Origin: an uncultured virus (IMG/VR IMGVR_UViG_3300011471_000001)
Lineage: Duplodnaviria > Heunggongvirae > Uroviricota > Caudoviricetes
Strand: one strand, 5' to 3'
Length of the DNA: 28,527 bases
IMG/VR virus record: IMGVR_UViG_3300011471_000001
Coordinates: 62,001 to 90,527 of that record
Shown here piece by piece: positions 27,419 to 28,527 of the stretch. Position numbers and translations under genes: made by a program. The number at the start of each line of letters is the position of its first letter. Position 1 is the first letter of the stretch. The notes below the pieces were generated by a model. The model searched no databases and was not told the origin of the DNA. It saw nothing but the letters and a program-made list of their open reading frames with translations.

Positions 27419-27587
27419 TCCCCCGATACATCCCGTTTTAAATTTATGCTTATCTGATGCCCTGCTGGCTGCAGTTCAAGCCAGCGGGTCTTAGTTTTGT
27501 CTGTCGAACTGAAGGTTAACATTAAATTTAAATGATCTTTAGAATGTAATAAACTTCTGGTTGAAATTAACCACTGGAATATTACAC

Positions 27588-27764
27588 ATGACCGGCACTG
27601 CTAAATCCCTCAATCTGAGCCAGCCATTACTCATCAGTGCTTTACTCGCTGAAATAGCAAGACTCCATCCCGGTACCAGCGTCAGTAAGGCGCAGTTTGC
27701 TGCCGTTGTGGAGGCTGTAAACCATGTAGTAATTGCCTTTAGCCGTGAAAGTGGAGATGCCTGA
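27588..27764 (+). CDS. Small hypothetical protein
   Basis: ATG 27588 preferred over TTG 27561; stop overlaps the next start (TGATG). Confidence 0.6.
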   Translation: MTGTAKSLNLSQPLLISALLAEIARLHPGTSVSKAQFAAVVEAVNHVVIAFSRESGDA

Positions 27765-28408
27765 TGAGCGACCGCTTTTACATCATCTGTACCAGAGATA
27801 CGGTAGGCAGTAATGCCTCTTTCTGGTGCCACGATGGTCACGGCTACAACACCAATATCGAAAAAGCACACGTCTATACCCTGGCAGAAGCACAGAGCCG
27901 CTGGAATACAGGCCGGACTATCGATCAACCCGTTTGCGCTGACAGCGTGGATGCGCTGGCCATCGTTCACGTTGACCACCAGCACGTACCCGGTGAGTCG
28001 GTCATTACTCCTGATTGCAGTAAGTACGTTGCATTTCAGAAAGGGCGCTGGGATGGCAATGATCTGTACTGGCTCCGCAACGGCGGCCTGCCGACGACCG
28101 ACTTCACACAAGCAACGATTTTCGATAGACCGGGCGATACGGTCGAGCTGGTTTGGCTACCGTTCGTCACAGCTGACGCAGTAAAGCGCCGCACGTTCCC
28201 CATTGCCATGCTGGATCATCGCCGCATGGTGCAGGGTGCTGGTCTGCGAGTACCGGCGCACATCAGCCGCGCCCGCCGCCGCAAGCCAGGCACAGGAAAG
28301 ACGCGCCTCAACTGCCCGGTCTGCGGGCGTATTCACTGGCAACTCAATCCGTATGTTTTTGAAGGCTGCGCTGACTGGCAGTGTGCGGGAGCGAGTAAGC
28401 ATGGATAA
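27764..28408 (+). CDS. Hypothetical phage protein with C-terminal Cys motifs
   Basis: 214 aa, RBS GGAG; CPVC..C...C; two similar internal segments (GSNASFW..GY.T...KA and GNDLYW..G..T....QA). Confidence 0.75.
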   Translation: MSDRFYIICTRDTVGSNASFWCHDGHGYNTNIEKAHVYTLAEAQSRWNTGRTIDQPVCADSVDALAIVHVDHQHVPGESVITPDCSKYVAFQKGRWDGNDLYWLRNGGLPTTDFTQATIFDRPGDTVELVWLPFVTADAVKRRTFPIAMLDHRRMVQGAGLRVPAHISRARRRKPGTGKTRLNCPVCGRIHWQLNPYVFEGCADWQCAGASKHG

Positions 28409-28527
28409 AGCCGTATTAGACATGTGCTGTGGCCCGCGCATGATGTGGTTCGATAAAGCCGATCCCCGCGTGCTGTATTCCGATATCCGGGAAGAGACCC
28501 ACCAGCTGCCCGACCGGGAGCTTGTCA
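28401..28527 (+). CDS. SAM-dependent methyltransferase (5' part only)
   Basis: MDKAVLDMCCGPRMMWFDKADPRVLYSDIR, a class I SAM-binding motif common in phage methyltransferases. Confidence 0.8.
   Translation, partial: MDKAVLDMCCGPRMMWFDKADPRVLYSDIREETHQLPDRELV

Larger units (their letters stand above)
1..28527. mobile_element. Segment of a P1-like phage-plasmid (myovirus morphogenesis genes plus iteron replicon)
   Basis: P1-like capsid, sheath, tube and baseplate genes, ref, mat, dmt and rdgC occur together with repA, iterons, DnaA boxes and GATC repeats. Confidence 0.95.

Noticed and set aside
1..28527. tRNA, rRNA, IS elements, reverse transcriptase or cas genes
   Set aside because: None recognised by eye; tRNAscan-SE and Infernal were not run.

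Overview
This window is a 28.5 kb segment of a P1-like phage-plasmid (temperate myovirus with an iteron plasmid replicon; an Enterobacterales host is inferred). P1 gene names below come from my recall of P1 protein sequences and gene order, not from a database search. Minus strand, left to right: head/tail block (pmgB, tub, pmgC, bplB, pmgG, 21, 22 sheath, 23 capsid), spanin pair, PAAR spike tip, a bifunctional C5/Dam methyltransferase gene (dmt) broken by one in-frame TGA and carrying an overlapping alternative-frame beta-subunit ORF, rdgC, baseplate/tail genes 5-6-24-7-25-26, mat and ref. Plus strand: hicAB, a P1-type origin (DnaA boxes, five GATC sites, five iterons), repA, an incA-like iteron cluster, a HEPN-motif gene and LexA-controlled umuDC. 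The main unannotated signal is at 24101-24752: a 43-aa hydrophobic peptide gene on the minus strand with a hairpin-sequestered SD and its own terminator, plus a divergently transcribed ~137-nt sRNA whose predicted 5' end is a perfect 17-nt antisense match to the peptide mRNA leader. This is the layout of a divergent type I toxin-antitoxin system, but the sequences match no family I recognise. Candidate late-promoter, operator and prohead-protease motifs can also be read from the sequence.
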